A stretch of DNA of 64,000 bases from Planctomycetota bacterium. Its GTDB lineage: Bacteria > Planctomycetota > UBA1135 > UBA2386. Numbering within the stretch: the first letter of the stretch is position 1; the number at the start of each line of letters is the position of its first letter. Below the pieces are notes generated by a model, which saw nothing but the letters and a program-made list of their open reading frames with translations, did no database searches and had not been told where the DNA came from. Below are positions 20,450-30,477 of this stretch, piece after piece. The stretch spans positions 8,001,703 through 8,065,702 of the forward strand of contig OZ245006.1 of NCBI GenBank assembly GCA_965223545.1, given 5' to 3'. The translations under genes were made by a program, and so were the position numbers.

Positions 20450-21415
20450 TCAGCCGCCGTCTTCGGCGGACTTCTTCTTGTCCTCCGCCGGTGACTTGCC
20501 CTCGGCCCTGTATTGCTCCACGGCGGGACCGAGCACCCACTGCTCGTACTCTTCGTTGAGCGTGTCGAGGTCGATGCCTCGGAAAGCGCGCTCGGTGATG
20601 GCCTCGAAGTTCGTGTCGTCGCGAATCAGCCGGATGTAGGTCGGCACCACGGCGCGGTAGCGCTTGTCCTCGTGGTGCTGCAGGAAGTGGCACAGTGCCC
20701 AGCCCTGTGGGTAGCAGATGGTGCCCTTGTCATAGAACTGCTTCTTCGACATCGTGATGAGCTCGGCGATCGGCACGTTCTGGCCGGTGTTGACCGCGCC
20801 CCACACCGCGGGCATCCGCTGGCGGTTGATCGCGCCGAGGTCCGCGGTGCGGCGCCGTCCCTCGCCGACCGGCTTGGCGCAGTAGAAGTAGTCGCCCATG
20901 CCCTCGTTGATCCACGACGGGATCTGCACCCACGACGTGATGTACCAGTGGAAGTACTGGTGCCAGCCCTCGTGGGCGGCATTGCCGAGGGTGTCCATCA
21001 CCGTGCGACTGCGCCTTTTGGCCCCGCCGGTCGCCGGCGGATCGTCGGCCCACTTGCCGGTGTCGTAGCAGACCATCTCGCGGTCGACCGGGTCGTAGTA
21101 GGCCGCCGCCGACGGGGAGGCTCCGTAGGCGAGGAAGCTCTCGCGGTCCTTGAACAGCTTGACGGCGTAGCGGTTGGCGGGTGCCTTGTCGACGCGGAAG
21201 GACTTGCGGTAGATCCTCAGCATCGCGTCCATGTGGGCGCCGAGCCGCTCGGCCTTCTCCTTGCCGGCCTGGGACTGGATCTGGTAGCCCCGCGTCCGGT
21301 GCACGATCCAGCCCTCCGGCGGCTTTCGGTTCTTCCAGAGCCCCTTGCGAATGTCCTGCGCGGCAGCGGTCGAGAGCAGGCAGAGCGCGGCGATGGCGAC
21401 GGTGTGAGCGGTCAT
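20450..21415 (-). CDS. DUF1570-type exported zinc metallopeptidase-like protein
   Basis: Signal peptide, AHEGWHQY, PSWINEGMGDYF, YPQGWALCHFL. Confidence 0.8.
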   Translation of the reverse strand: MTAHTVAIAALCLLSTAAAQDIRKGLWKNRKPPEGWIVHRTRGYQIQSQAGKEKAERLGAHMDAMLRIYRKSFRVDKAPANRYAVKLFKDRESFLAYGASPSAAAYYDPVDREMVCYDTGKWADDPPATGGAKRRSRTVMDTLGNAAHEGWHQYFHWYITSWVQIPSWINEGMGDYFYCAKPVGEGRRRTADLGAINRQRMPAVWGAVNTGQNVPIAELITMSKKQFYDKGTICYPQGWALCHFLQHHEDKRYRAVVPTYIRLIRDDTNFEAITERAFRGIDLDTLNEEYEQWVLGPAVEQYRAEGKSPAEDKKKSAEDGG

Positions 21416-21560
21416 GCGTGGAGATGCGACGACGGACGGCACCGCATTGTGCCGTGGCAAGGTCGATTTGTCGGCCCCCCGCGGGGCTTAGGCAAGAGAA
21501 CCCGGCGCGCCCGACGGCTACGGTCTTCGAAGGCCGCCAAGTTCCACCGTTTCCTCCGCC

Positions 21561-22730
21561 ATGACCGACGCCGTCTCCGACGCACTGCTGCAGACGTTGC
21601 GCACCGTGCGCCATGATCTCCACCGCCACCCCGAGTTGGGCTTTGAAGAGCACCGCACGCAAGCCGCGGTACGAGCGTGGCTGGAAGAGCGCGGCTTCGC
21701 GCCCCGCGATGTGGCCGAGACCGGCCTGGTGGTGGACACCGCGCCGGGCACCGACGGCGGCATCGCCCTGCGCGCCGATCTCGACGCGCTGCCGATGCAA
21801 GAGCACACCGACCTCCCGTACCGTTCGGTGCACGAGGGGCGGGCGCACAAGTGCGGGCACGACGGCCACACCGCGATCCTGCTCGGCGTCGCCGCGTGGC
21901 TGGCGGAGAACCGGGATGCCCTGGCCGGCAATGTCCGACTGCTGTTCCAGCCGGCGGAGGAGGGTGTCCGCGGCGGGGGCGCGCGCGTGATGGTGCGCGA
22001 GGGCGCCCTGCGGGGGATTCGCGAGGTCTATGGGCTTCACAACTGGCCGGGCTTCGAGAAGGGCACGGTGCGCGTGGCCGCCGGGCCGGTGATGGCCTCG
22101 GTCGACACCTTCGTCACGGAGTTGATCGGCCGCGGTGGGCATGGGGCGCAGCCGCAAGTCTGCCGCGACCCGATCGTCGCCGGCGCGGCGGTGGTGCAGG
22201 CACTGCAGACGGTGGTGTCGCGCCGCGTCGGCAGCCGCGGGATCGCCGTGGTGACGGTGGGCGCCTTCCAGGCCGGCACCGTGCAGAACGTGATCCCCGA
22301 GCGGGCGCGCCTGCTCGGCACGATCCGCACCTTCGACGCCGCGCTGCGCGACGAGGTGATCGCGCACGTCGAGCAAGTGATCGACGACACCGCGCGGGCC
22401 TACGGCGTTCGCGCCGAGACCGAGGTGGCGCGCGAATACCCGGTGCTGGTCAACGCGGCGCGCTGTGCCGAGGCGGTGGGCGAGGTCGCGGTGGACGTGG
22501 TGGGCGCCGACCGGGTCAGCCCCGATGGACTGCCGTTGGCGGCGGCCGAGGACTTTGCCTACTTCGCGCAGGAGGTCGAAGCGGCGTACTTCTTCCTCGG
22601 CGCCGGCGACCCGGTCGGGGAGACGCCGGGCTGCCACCATCCCGACTTCGACTTCGACGACGACCTGCTGGCCACCGGCATCGCGATGTTCTGTGGGCTG
22701 GTGCGCGCGCGGGTCGGGTTGCGCGGCTGA
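21561..22730 (+). CDS. M20D amidohydrolase
   Basis: LHRHPELGFEE, LRADLDALP, CGHDGH, FQPAEEG, GGHGA, AEDF, HHPDFDFD. Confidence 0.95.
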   Translation: MTDAVSDALLQTLRTVRHDLHRHPELGFEEHRTQAAVRAWLEERGFAPRDVAETGLVVDTAPGTDGGIALRADLDALPMQEHTDLPYRSVHEGRAHKCGHDGHTAILLGVAAWLAENRDALAGNVRLLFQPAEEGVRGGGARVMVREGALRGIREVYGLHNWPGFEKGTVRVAAGPVMASVDTFVTELIGRGGHGAQPQVCRDPIVAGAAVVQALQTVVSRRVGSRGIAVVTVGAFQAGTVQNVIPERARLLGTIRTFDAALRDEVIAHVEQVIDDTARAYGVRAETEVAREYPVLVNAARCAEAVGEVAVDVVGADRVSPDGLPLAAAEDFAYFAQEVEAAYFFLGAGDPVGETPGCHHPDFDFDDDLLATGIAMFCGLVRARVGLRG

Positions 22731-22739
22731 CACCGAGCC

Positions 22740-23744
22740 CTACGCGTGCGAGCGAAACCAGCTCAAGACTTGCGGCACCAAGCCGCGGCGGTCCGACAGG
22801 CCCAAGTCCAGGCGCCCCGGGAAGGCCACGTGGCCGCTGCGCGGCGCCCGCCGGAACTCGAGCGGTGACGATGGTCCCGGCAAGAACGGTTCGACCATGC
22901 GCAGCGGCACCATCGGATCGTCCTCGGCGAGGACCAGCAGCGCCGGCGAGCGCAGCTTCGGCAAGCGCGGCGCGATCGACAGCTCGCTGTAGTAGTGCTC
23001 GGGGTCGCGGTAGCCGTAGCGCGGTGCAATCGTCAGCCGGTCCCAGTCGTAGATGGTCTCCACTGCCTGGACTTCGGCGACCGGCGACGGCACCGCGCGG
23101 CGGGCGGCCACCGCCGTGTAGATCTGCTTGAGACCACCGAGCACCCAACGCCGGTAGGTCGCCACGTGCGGGCTGTCGATGTGACGCTGAGCGGCGCCGA
23201 GGTCGAGGGGCGTACAGAGCGCGGCGACGGCTCGCAATCGCGGGTGCGGTGGATCGCAGGCCAGGTGCAGCGCGACGTGGCCGCCCATCGAGAAGCCGAG
23301 CACGTAGAGGTGGCGATAGCCCTTGAGCTCGGGGCTCTGCAGCGCCGCGTGCAGATCGGCGGTGAGGGCGATGTTGTAAAAGTCCTCGCCGCGGCGGTCG
23401 GCGCCGCGCAGGGCGAGCCGCAGAGTCGAGTAGCCGGCGCGGGCCAGCGTGATCGCTGCCCCCCGCATGTAGACGCTGTCGGGGCTACCGCCGAGGCCGT
23501 GGACCAGCACGACCAGGGATTCGGCGCCCGGCACCTGCCGGAGTTGGCCGGTCAAGCGCAGCGCGCCCGTCTTGGGGTCGTGCACGGTGGTGTGCCATGG
23601 CTGGCTCCGCTTGACCTGGGTCCGCCAGACGCGGTCGCGCAGGATTGGCCACACCGTGCGCATGTGCCCGCGCAGGGGCGCCCGGTGCACGCCGAAGGCG
23701 AGCCCGGGGGCGGTTTCGATGTTGGTGGCGGGATCGGTCTCCAT
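22740..23744 (-). CDS. YheT-like alpha/beta hydrolase
   Basis: VHGLGGS, GFSMGG nucleophile elbow, AEDDPMV, GHVAF. Confidence 0.9.
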   Translation of the reverse strand: METDPATNIETAPGLAFGVHRAPLRGHMRTVWPILRDRVWRTQVKRSQPWHTTVHDPKTGALRLTGQLRQVPGAESLVVLVHGLGGSPDSVYMRGAAITLARAGYSTLRLALRGADRRGEDFYNIALTADLHAALQSPELKGYRHLYVLGFSMGGHVALHLACDPPHPRLRAVAALCTPLDLGAAQRHIDSPHVATYRRWVLGGLKQIYTAVAARRAVPSPVAEVQAVETIYDWDRLTIAPRYGYRDPEHYYSELSIAPRLPKLRSPALLVLAEDDPMVPLRMVEPFLPGPSSPLEFRRAPRSGHVAFPGRLDLGLSDRRGLVPQVLSWFRSHA

Positions 23745-23856
23745 CGGGGCGTTGCGGCCAGCGGGCGATGGGCCGCCGCCGGGCCGCGAAAGAGTGTACC
23801 TCGGTGGCGGCCGTGTCGAGCATCGCTCGCCGACAGAACCGCCGGCGCGACCGCCT

Positions 23857-24957
23857 TCAGGCGCCGCGCTGAACCGGCTGGCGCCGGCCGCGCAGCAGCC
23901 GGCGCATCCGCCGGCGCGGGTGTGGCACCGGCACCGCCGGGATCGCGTCAGCGCGCGTTTCGCCGGCCGCCAGGGCAGTCGGGCGCGGTGCGAAGTCCGG
24001 GTGATGGTCTTCGGCGAATCTGCGGCGGCCGCCCTCGGAGTCGGTCAGGGACGCGACCCGATGCGCGGCGCCGTAGTAGCCGTAGCTCACGTAGTGCGCA
24101 CCGCCCTCGATCAGCGCGGCCTTCTTCTGCTCGTGGAACTCCGGCAGGTCGGCCCAGTGCACCCCCGGGTAGTCGTGGTGCTCGATGTGGTAGCCGATGT
24201 TGAACATCGTCAGGTTGAAGAACGCCGAGGTGAAGCCGTTCGAGTGCTGCACCGGATGGGTCTCCGACTTGGCCCGACAGCCGGCGTGCTGGACGTACAT
24301 GCCCGACCCCATCGTGACCGCGTTGCCGACCCACTGGGGCAGCACCCACAACCACAAGGCCATCTGCACGTCGATCCAGAACGGGATCGACCACAGCGCG
24401 GCGAAGATCGCGAGCTCGCGCAGCGCGCGCCGGCCGACGCGGTGGCCGCCGCGGCCGGTGGTGAAGTCGTGCCACAGATGCACCGCGTAGCGCCACGGCC
24501 AGTGCAGCAGGACGTAGCGGTAGATGTTCTCGAAGCTGCCGTCGGCGCGGCGCTTCGGCAGCGTCCAATCAGTCGGGCCCAGCAGATTGGCGTGGTGCAC
24601 CTTGACGTGCGCGTGCTGCCAGAAGAAGGAAGGCCAACCTCCCGAGAAGGTCCACAGCCGACCGAACCACCGGTTCAAGAACGGCCGGGTGAAGATGCGG
24701 CGGTGGGTGTGGTTGTGGAAGTTGACGCCGACGTCGATCCCCGAGGCCCAGCCCAACAAGAACGCGGCCGACGCGACGAACGCCGCCTTCGACCAGCCGT
24801 CGTGCAGGCCGGCGGCGTCGGGGTGCAGCCAGATCCAGAACGCGACGCCGTAGCCGACGAGGACGACCAAGTGGAACACGACGCAGTGGATGTCCTCGGG
24901 CCGGGCCAGCAGCCCGCGCCGCGGAGTGCGCGGCGCCGTCGTCGATGCGGCCGGCAT
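23857..24957 (-). CDS. Membrane fatty acid desaturase family protein
   Basis: His boxes HNHTH, HVKVHH, QH, HIEHHDYP. Confidence 0.9.
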   Translation of the reverse strand: MPAASTTAPRTPRRGLLARPEDIHCVVFHLVVLVGYGVAFWIWLHPDAAGLHDGWSKAAFVASAAFLLGWASGIDVGVNFHNHTHRRIFTRPFLNRWFGRLWTFSGGWPSFFWQHAHVKVHHANLLGPTDWTLPKRRADGSFENIYRYVLLHWPWRYAVHLWHDFTTGRGGHRVGRRALRELAIFAALWSIPFWIDVQMALWLWVLPQWVGNAVTMGSGMYVQHAGCRAKSETHPVQHSNGFTSAFFNLTMFNIGYHIEHHDYPGVHWADLPEFHEQKKAALIEGGAHYVSYGYYGAAHRVASLTDSEGGRRRFAEDHHPDFAPRPTALAAGETRADAIPAVPVPHPRRRMRRLLRGRRQPVQRGA

Positions 24958-25127
24958 CAGGCGCTCCAGGTGACGATCCGCCACCAGATGATCGTGAGGA
25001 CGAGGCTGACCCAGGGGCCCCAGAGCAGGGTTCCCGAGATCAGCGCCAGCGCCACGATGGGAAACAGCGAACGTCCGACGAGCTGGAACAACACGGCGGA
25101 CGGGGAGGTGGTGGGGGTGCGAGTCAC
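24957..25127 (-). CDS. Small hydrophobic membrane protein coupled to the desaturase
   Basis: SLFPIVALALISGTLLWGPWVSLVLTIIWWRIV; TGATG overlap with desaturase start; start uncertain. Confidence 0.55.
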   Translation of the reverse strand: MTRTPTTSPSAVLFQLVGRSLFPIVALALISGTLLWGPWVSLVLTIIWWRIVTWSA

Positions 25128-25251
25128 GGTTGCGGAGGTGCGGCGCTGCCCGACCTGCTCAACCCTGCCATGGAATCGACGATCGGGGAAGCGACCCCGG
25201 GCGGAAATTTTGCGAGATCCCGTCGCAGCCGGCAACCGCAACGCCCTTGGC

Positions 25252-26061
25252 ATGCGAGACTTCCCCCCGATGACGCGCCCTCCGCAAGCCCTCCCTCCGC
25301 TGCCCGAAGTCGGCCGCCGCTACGCGATGGAGCGCGTGGTGCGGCAGACCGACGTCACGCCACAGCGCCGCCTGCGGCTCGATGCCGTGGCGCGCTACCT
25401 GCAGGACATCGCCACCGATGACGTCGTCGACGCCGGCCTCGACGAGCTCGAGTGGGTGGTGCGCCGGACGTTGATCGACGTCGCCGCGTTCCCCGTTGTC
25501 GGCGAGCGGGTCGTGGTGACGACCTACTGCTGGTCGCTCGGCAGCCGTTATGCGGAGCGGCGCACGACCATCGAGAGCCCTTCCGGGCGCATCGACACGT
25601 TGACGCTTTGGATCCGCGTGGACGGCGGCACCGGCCGGCCGGCCGCGCTCAGCCCGGCGTTCCGCGCGCTGTACGAGACGGTGATCGAGGGCCGCCGGAC
25701 GCGGCCCCAACTGCGGTTGGGAGACGGCCGCCCCGACCCCGCTTCTCCGTCGACGGCTTGGGTGGTGCGGCCCACCGACCTCGATGGTCAAGGGCACGTC
25801 AACAACAGCGTCTACTGGGCGGTGGTCGAGGACGCCGTGGCCGCCGCGGGCAATGGCGACGCGCTGGGCGCGTACGAGATGGAGTTTCGCGCCGCCGCTG
25901 CGTTGGACGATCAGACGCGGTTGTTCACCGAGCAGCGGGAGGGCCGCCCTTGGTGGTGGCTCTGTGACGGCGAACGGGTCTTCACCGCCTGCGTCCAGTG
26001 GCCGGCCGGCGTGCTCCGTGGGCCCGCCGGTCAGACCAGATCGGAGTCGCCGAGCGTGTAG
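25252..26061 (+). CDS. Acyl-ACP thioesterase (double hot-dog)
   Basis: LDAVARYLQDIATDD, VRPTDLDGQGHVNNSVYW. Confidence 0.88.
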   Translation: MRDFPPMTRPPQALPPLPEVGRRYAMERVVRQTDVTPQRRLRLDAVARYLQDIATDDVVDAGLDELEWVVRRTLIDVAAFPVVGERVVVTTYCWSLGSRYAERRTTIESPSGRIDTLTLWIRVDGGTGRPAALSPAFRALYETVIEGRRTRPQLRLGDGRPDPASPSTAWVVRPTDLDGQGHVNNSVYWAVVEDAVAAAGNGDALGAYEMEFRAAAALDDQTRLFTEQREGRPWWWLCDGERVFTACVQWPAGVLRGPAGQTRSESPSV

Positions 26062-27047
26062 TACCAGTGCGCGGCCAACACCTCGGGGGTCAGGCCGGGC
26101 TGTCCGACGCGATAGGTGAGCCGGCGCTCCAGGGTGTCGGCGGAGGCCACCACGTCGAAGCCGCGCGCGCGCAGGTGCGCGTACTCGCGGCAGGGCTCCG
26201 GCAAGATCGCCAACAGCCGCGTGCGGCCGGCGGCGCGGGCCCGTTCCAGGGTGGCCGCGAGCAAGGCATCGGCCACGGCGGTGTCGCCGGGAGCCAGCAT
26301 CCACTCGGCGATCGCGCAGGCGCCCGGCACCAGCGTGTCGTGCTCGGCGCGCAGCACCGCCAGCCCGCAAAGCGCGTTGTCGCGGCGAGCGGCGAGAAAC
26401 TCGTAGCGCGCCGACGGGCTGCGGCAGTAGCGCCAGTCGAGGTACGACGGTGTGCGTTCGATCGCGCAGCGCTCGCTGCCGATCACCTGCTGCGCCAAGC
26501 GAGAAACCTCCGCTTCGAGCGCGGGCTCTTCGAGCCCAGCCAGCGGCCCGACCTCCAGATCGCCGGCCACCGGCGGCGGGTTGCCGTCGGTGGAGCGCAC
26601 CAGGAAGTCGACGACGCGCAGCATGCTGTACTGCAAGTAGCGCTGGCCGACGCGCTCGGCTGCGCGCACCGGATAGCCGTAGAGCAGACCGTCGCCGCGC
26701 TCGATCCACTGCTCCAAGGCCGGACCCGCGGTCTGTACGAAGATTCCGGGCCGCTTGAGTCCGCGGCGATAGTCGGGGTGGACGAAGCTGTCGACGATCT
26801 GTGAGAACGTCGTCGGCCCCAGTGGGGTCCGGGCCGCGTACGGCAGTGCGGCGTACTGCGCCGCGACGGTGCCGTCGGTGTCGACCGCCAGCAGGATGCG
26901 GTGGCCGTGCGGGTTGTCGGCGAACATCCAGCGCCAGGTCGCCAGGTCGCGGTCGACGTAGCCGGCGCCGCAAACCTCGCGAAAGACGAGGTTGAAGGAC
27001 TCCAGAATGCGCCGCTCGTCGCCCGGCTGGTAGTCGCGGACCAACAC
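26031..27047 (-). CDS. GNAT-family acyltransferase
   Basis: VRDYQPGDE, WMFADNPHG, DSFVHPDYRRG, YGYP, YLDWRY, TLGDSD; start uncertain. Confidence 0.85.
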   Translation of the reverse strand: MLVRDYQPGDERRILESFNLVFREVCGAGYVDRDLATWRWMFADNPHGHRILLAVDTDGTVAAQYAALPYAARTPLGPTTFSQIVDSFVHPDYRRGLKRPGIFVQTAGPALEQWIERGDGLLYGYPVRAAERVGQRYLQYSMLRVVDFLVRSTDGNPPPVAGDLEVGPLAGLEEPALEAEVSRLAQQVIGSERCAIERTPSYLDWRYCRSPSARYEFLAARRDNALCGLAVLRAEHDTLVPGACAIAEWMLAPGDTAVADALLAATLERARAAGRTRLLAILPEPCREYAHLRARGFDVVASADTLERRLTYRVGQPGLTPEVLAAHWYYTLGDSDLV

Positions 27048-27206
27048 TTGAACGCAGGCTATCGCCGCGCGCGGTGCGGTTCCAGGTCGGGTCTCGCCGT
27101 CGGCACGGCAAAGAGGGTCTCGACCGCCGGCCAAATGGCGTAGCATCGCCGGCCACCGCCTGGCGCGGCGCGCCGGACGCGACACGAATCAGACGAGGCT
27201 GCTTGT

Positions 27207-28232
27207 ATGGCGCGACGGGCGAGGATCTTGGCGGTCGGGAGTGCGGTTCCCGACGCGGTGGTCGAGAACGACGACTTGCTCGAGTGGATGGACACGTCGG
27301 ATGCGTGGATTCGGCAGCGCTCCGGCATCGAACGCCGCCGCTGGGTCGAGCACGCCGCCGGCAACGCGACCTCGGACCTCGGCGAAGCCGCGGCCCGGCA
27401 AGCCTTGGAACGGGCCGGCCTGCAGCCGGCCGACGTCGACCTGATCGTGTTCGCCACGCTCAGCCCCGACCGGTCGTTTCCCGGCTCGGGCTGCTACCTG
27501 CAGGCCAAGCTCGGCGTGCCGGGGATCCCGGCCTTCGACATCCGCCAGCAGTGCTCGGGCTTCCTCTACGGCCTGTCGATGGCCGACCTCTACATCCGGT
27601 CCGGCCAGTACGACACGGTCCTGTTGGTCGGTGCCGAGGTGCAGTCGAAGTGCCTGGATCTGTCGACGCGCGGCCGCGACATGTCGGTCTTGTTCGCCGA
27701 CGGTGCCGGCGCGGTCGTCATCGGCCCAACGGAAGTCGACGACGACGCACCGACCTCGGGCGAGTCGTTTCTGATCTCCCACCACCTGCACGCCGATGGC
27801 GCGTTTGCCGACGAGCTGCTATGGCCGGCACCGGGCACGGCCAACCGCGTCTGGATTCCGCCGGAGGCGATCGGCGAGGCGGCGGTGTACCCGCAGATGA
27901 ACGGGCGGCTGGTGTTCCAGCACGCCGTCAAGCGCATGCCCGAAGTGACGCTGGAGGCTCTGTCGGCCAACGGGCTGAGCGTCGACGACGTGGATCTGTT
28001 CGTCAATCACCAGGCCAACCAGCGGATCAACGACAAGGTCGCGGAGATCCTCGGTGTGCCGGCGGAGAAGGTCGTGCACACGATCGCGGACTACGGCAAC
28101 ACCACGGCGGCGACGATCCCGATCGGTCTCGACACTGCAGAGCGCGACGGACGGTTGCGGCGCGGCATGCTGGTCTGCTCGGCGGCGTTCGGCAGCGGCT
28201 TCACCTGGGCGGCGTCGCTGTTCCGCTGGTGA
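27207..28232 (+). CDS. fabH: 3-oxoacyl-ACP synthase III
   Basis: DTSDAWIRQRSGI, QQCSGF, HQANQRI, GNTTAATIP, FGSGFTW. Confidence 0.93.
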   Translation: MARRARILAVGSAVPDAVVENDDLLEWMDTSDAWIRQRSGIERRRWVEHAAGNATSDLGEAAARQALERAGLQPADVDLIVFATLSPDRSFPGSGCYLQAKLGVPGIPAFDIRQQCSGFLYGLSMADLYIRSGQYDTVLLVGAEVQSKCLDLSTRGRDMSVLFADGAGAVVIGPTEVDDDAPTSGESFLISHHLHADGAFADELLWPAPGTANRVWIPPEAIGEAAVYPQMNGRLVFQHAVKRMPEVTLEALSANGLSVDDVDLFVNHQANQRINDKVAEILGVPAEKVVHTIADYGNTTAATIPIGLDTAERDGRLRRGMLVCSAAFGSGFTWAASLFRW

Positions 28233-28235
28233 CGG

Positions 28236-29765
28236 CTACTCGCTCTCGGTGGCCTGTGCGCGCAGCGCGCGCTTGAGGATCTTGCCGGTCGGCCCCTTGG
28301 GCAGAGCGTCGAAGAAGCGGACGATGCGCGGGTACTTGTAGGCGGCGAGGTGCTGCTTGCAGTACGCGATGATCTCGTCGGCGGTGGCTTGCTGGCCAGG
28401 CTTGAGGGCCAGCATCGCCACGACTTCCTCGCCGTGGCGTTCGTCGGGAATGCCGATGACCGCGGCCTCGGCGATCGCGGGGTGCGCGTACAACACCTCC
28501 TCGATCTCGCGGGGGTACACGTTGAAGCCGCCGCGCAGGACCATGTCCTTGATCCGGTCGACGATGCGGTAGTAGCCATCGGCGTCGACCGTGCCGACGT
28601 CGCCGGTGCGGAACCAGCCGTCGCGCAGGGCGGCCTCGGTCTCTTCGGGGCGGCGGTAGTAGCCGCGCATGACGTTGTGTCCCTTGATGCAGATCTCGCC
28701 GGGGGTGTCGATCGCGCTGACCGTCGCGCCGCTCTCGTCGATCAGCCGAAACTCGACTCCCCGGATCGGTTGGCCGACCGTGCCGGGTTTGCGCGGTAGG
28801 CTGAGCACGTTGAAGCTGGCGACCGGGGACGTCTCGGACAGGCCGTAGCCCTCGAGGATGTTGACGCCGAACTTCTGATCGAAGGCGTGCATGACCTCGA
28901 CCGGCATCGGCGCGCCGCCCGACACGCAGTAGCGCAGCCGCGGTGGCGGCTCGTCCTCTTCGTGGTGCAGCAGCGCGAAGAACATCGTCGGCACGCCGGC
29001 GAACGCGGACACGGCGTGGCGGCGCATCAGCGCCAGCGCAGGCCCCGGCTCGAAGCGGGGTTGCAGCACGATGGCGCCGCCGACCGACAAGTGTGCGTTC
29101 TGCAGCGCGGTCTGGCCGAAGCTGTGAAACAGCGGCAGCGCGACCAGCGCGACGCCGGTGTGGTCGACCGGGGTCAGATGGCTGGCGACGTACTCCGCGT
29201 TGTAGAACAGGTTGAACTGGGTGAGCTCGGCGCCCTTGGGATGACCCGTGGTTCCCGAGGTGTAGAGGATCACCGCGACGTCGTCGGCAGCCGTCGGCGT
29301 TGGTTCGTCGTCGGGTGTCGCGGTCTCCACCAGGGGGGCGAGGGCCGTGGCGGGCGCCGCGGCCTCGTCACAGCCGGCCAGCAGGAGGTGCCGGCAACCG
29401 GCGACGCGCTCGAAACCGTCGCGCGCGGCCTCGGCGAAGCCGTGCCAGGCGATCAACGCGACCGCGTCGCAGTCGTCGAGGTGGTACTCGATCTCATCGG
29501 CGACCAGCAGCACGTTGAGCGGCACGACCACTGCGCCGATGTGATGGCACGCGAAGTAGCAGATCGTGAAGTCGGGGACGTTCGGCAGCAGTAACGCGAC
29601 GTGGTCGCCGCGGCCGATGCCGAGCGCGCGGAGCGCGCCGGCGGTCGCGCGGCAGCGCCGGTAGAGCTCGCGGTGATCGAGCATCGCGTCGCCGCAGAAC
29701 ACCGCCGGCCGCGCGGGGTGGCGGCGCGCGTTGTCACGCACCCAGGTTGCCAAGTTGAGGGTCAT
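28236..29765 (-). CDS. Long-chain fatty acid-CoA ligase
   Basis: YTSGTTGHPKG, LPLFHSFG, EGYGLSETSP, GWFRTGD, GGFNVYPREIE, PKGPTGKILK. Confidence 0.95.
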   Translation of the reverse strand: MTLNLATWVRDNARRHPARPAVFCGDAMLDHRELYRRCRATAGALRALGIGRGDHVALLLPNVPDFTICYFACHHIGAVVVPLNVLLVADEIEYHLDDCDAVALIAWHGFAEAARDGFERVAGCRHLLLAGCDEAAAPATALAPLVETATPDDEPTPTAADDVAVILYTSGTTGHPKGAELTQFNLFYNAEYVASHLTPVDHTGVALVALPLFHSFGQTALQNAHLSVGGAIVLQPRFEPGPALALMRRHAVSAFAGVPTMFFALLHHEEDEPPPRLRYCVSGGAPMPVEVMHAFDQKFGVNILEGYGLSETSPVASFNVLSLPRKPGTVGQPIRGVEFRLIDESGATVSAIDTPGEICIKGHNVMRGYYRRPEETEAALRDGWFRTGDVGTVDADGYYRIVDRIKDMVLRGGFNVYPREIEEVLYAHPAIAEAAVIGIPDERHGEEVVAMLALKPGQQATADEIIAYCKQHLAAYKYPRIVRFFDALPKGPTGKILKRALRAQATESE

Positions 29766-29840
29766 CGAGGGCAGCGGGCTTGATCGCGTTCGATCTTGAT
29801 CCATTTCGAAGGACAGTGCAACGCCGTAGAGTTGCCGGCG

Positions 29841-30431
29841 ATGCACCGCCACCATGTCCTGACGCTGCTCGAGCACTACCACCGCCGCCAACCGGCCGAG
29901 CGGGCTCGCGTCGACGACGTCGTGCATTTCGTGCAGGCCCGGCCCGACTGCTTCCTCCGCACCTGCCGGCCGGGGCACGTCACGGGTTCTGCCTGGCTGA
30001 CTTCCGCCGACGCGCGCCGCTGTGTGCTGGTGCAGCACAAGGCGCTCGGCCGGTGGTTGCAACCCGGCGGGCATTCGGACGGCGAGCCCGAGGTGCACCG
30101 CACCGCGCTGCGCGAGGCGCGCGAGGAGACCGGCATGTGGGACGCCGAGCTGTGGATGCCGAGCGACGGCCCGCGATTGCTCGACGTCGACGTGCATCGC
30201 ATCCCGGCGCGCGAGCGCGCCGACGGCTCGGTCGAGCCGGCCCACCTGCACTACGACCTGCGGTTCTGGGTCATCGCACCGGATGACGCGACGCCGCACG
30301 CGGCGGTCGAGGGCAACGCGGCGGCGTGGTTCGAGCTCGAGCGGCTGGGCGACGTGACGGAGGAGGAGAGTGTGCTGCGACTGGCGGACAAGGCCCGCGC
30401 CCTGGCGGGTTCGATCGGCGCGCTCCGCTGA
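29841..30431 (+). CDS. NUDIX hydrolase
   Basis: GHVTGSAW, Nudix box GGHSDGEPEVHRTALREAREETG, HLHYDLRF. Confidence 0.93.
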   Translation: MHRHHVLTLLEHYHRRQPAERARVDDVVHFVQARPDCFLRTCRPGHVTGSAWLTSADARRCVLVQHKALGRWLQPGGHSDGEPEVHRTALREAREETGMWDAELWMPSDGPRLLDVDVHRIPARERADGSVEPAHLHYDLRFWVIAPDDATPHAAVEGNAAAWFELERLGDVTEEESVLRLADKARALAGSIGALR

Positions 30432-30477
30432 ACGTCGTCCGCTTGCCTCGGCCCGCTCCGCGGTATCGTGTGCTCCG

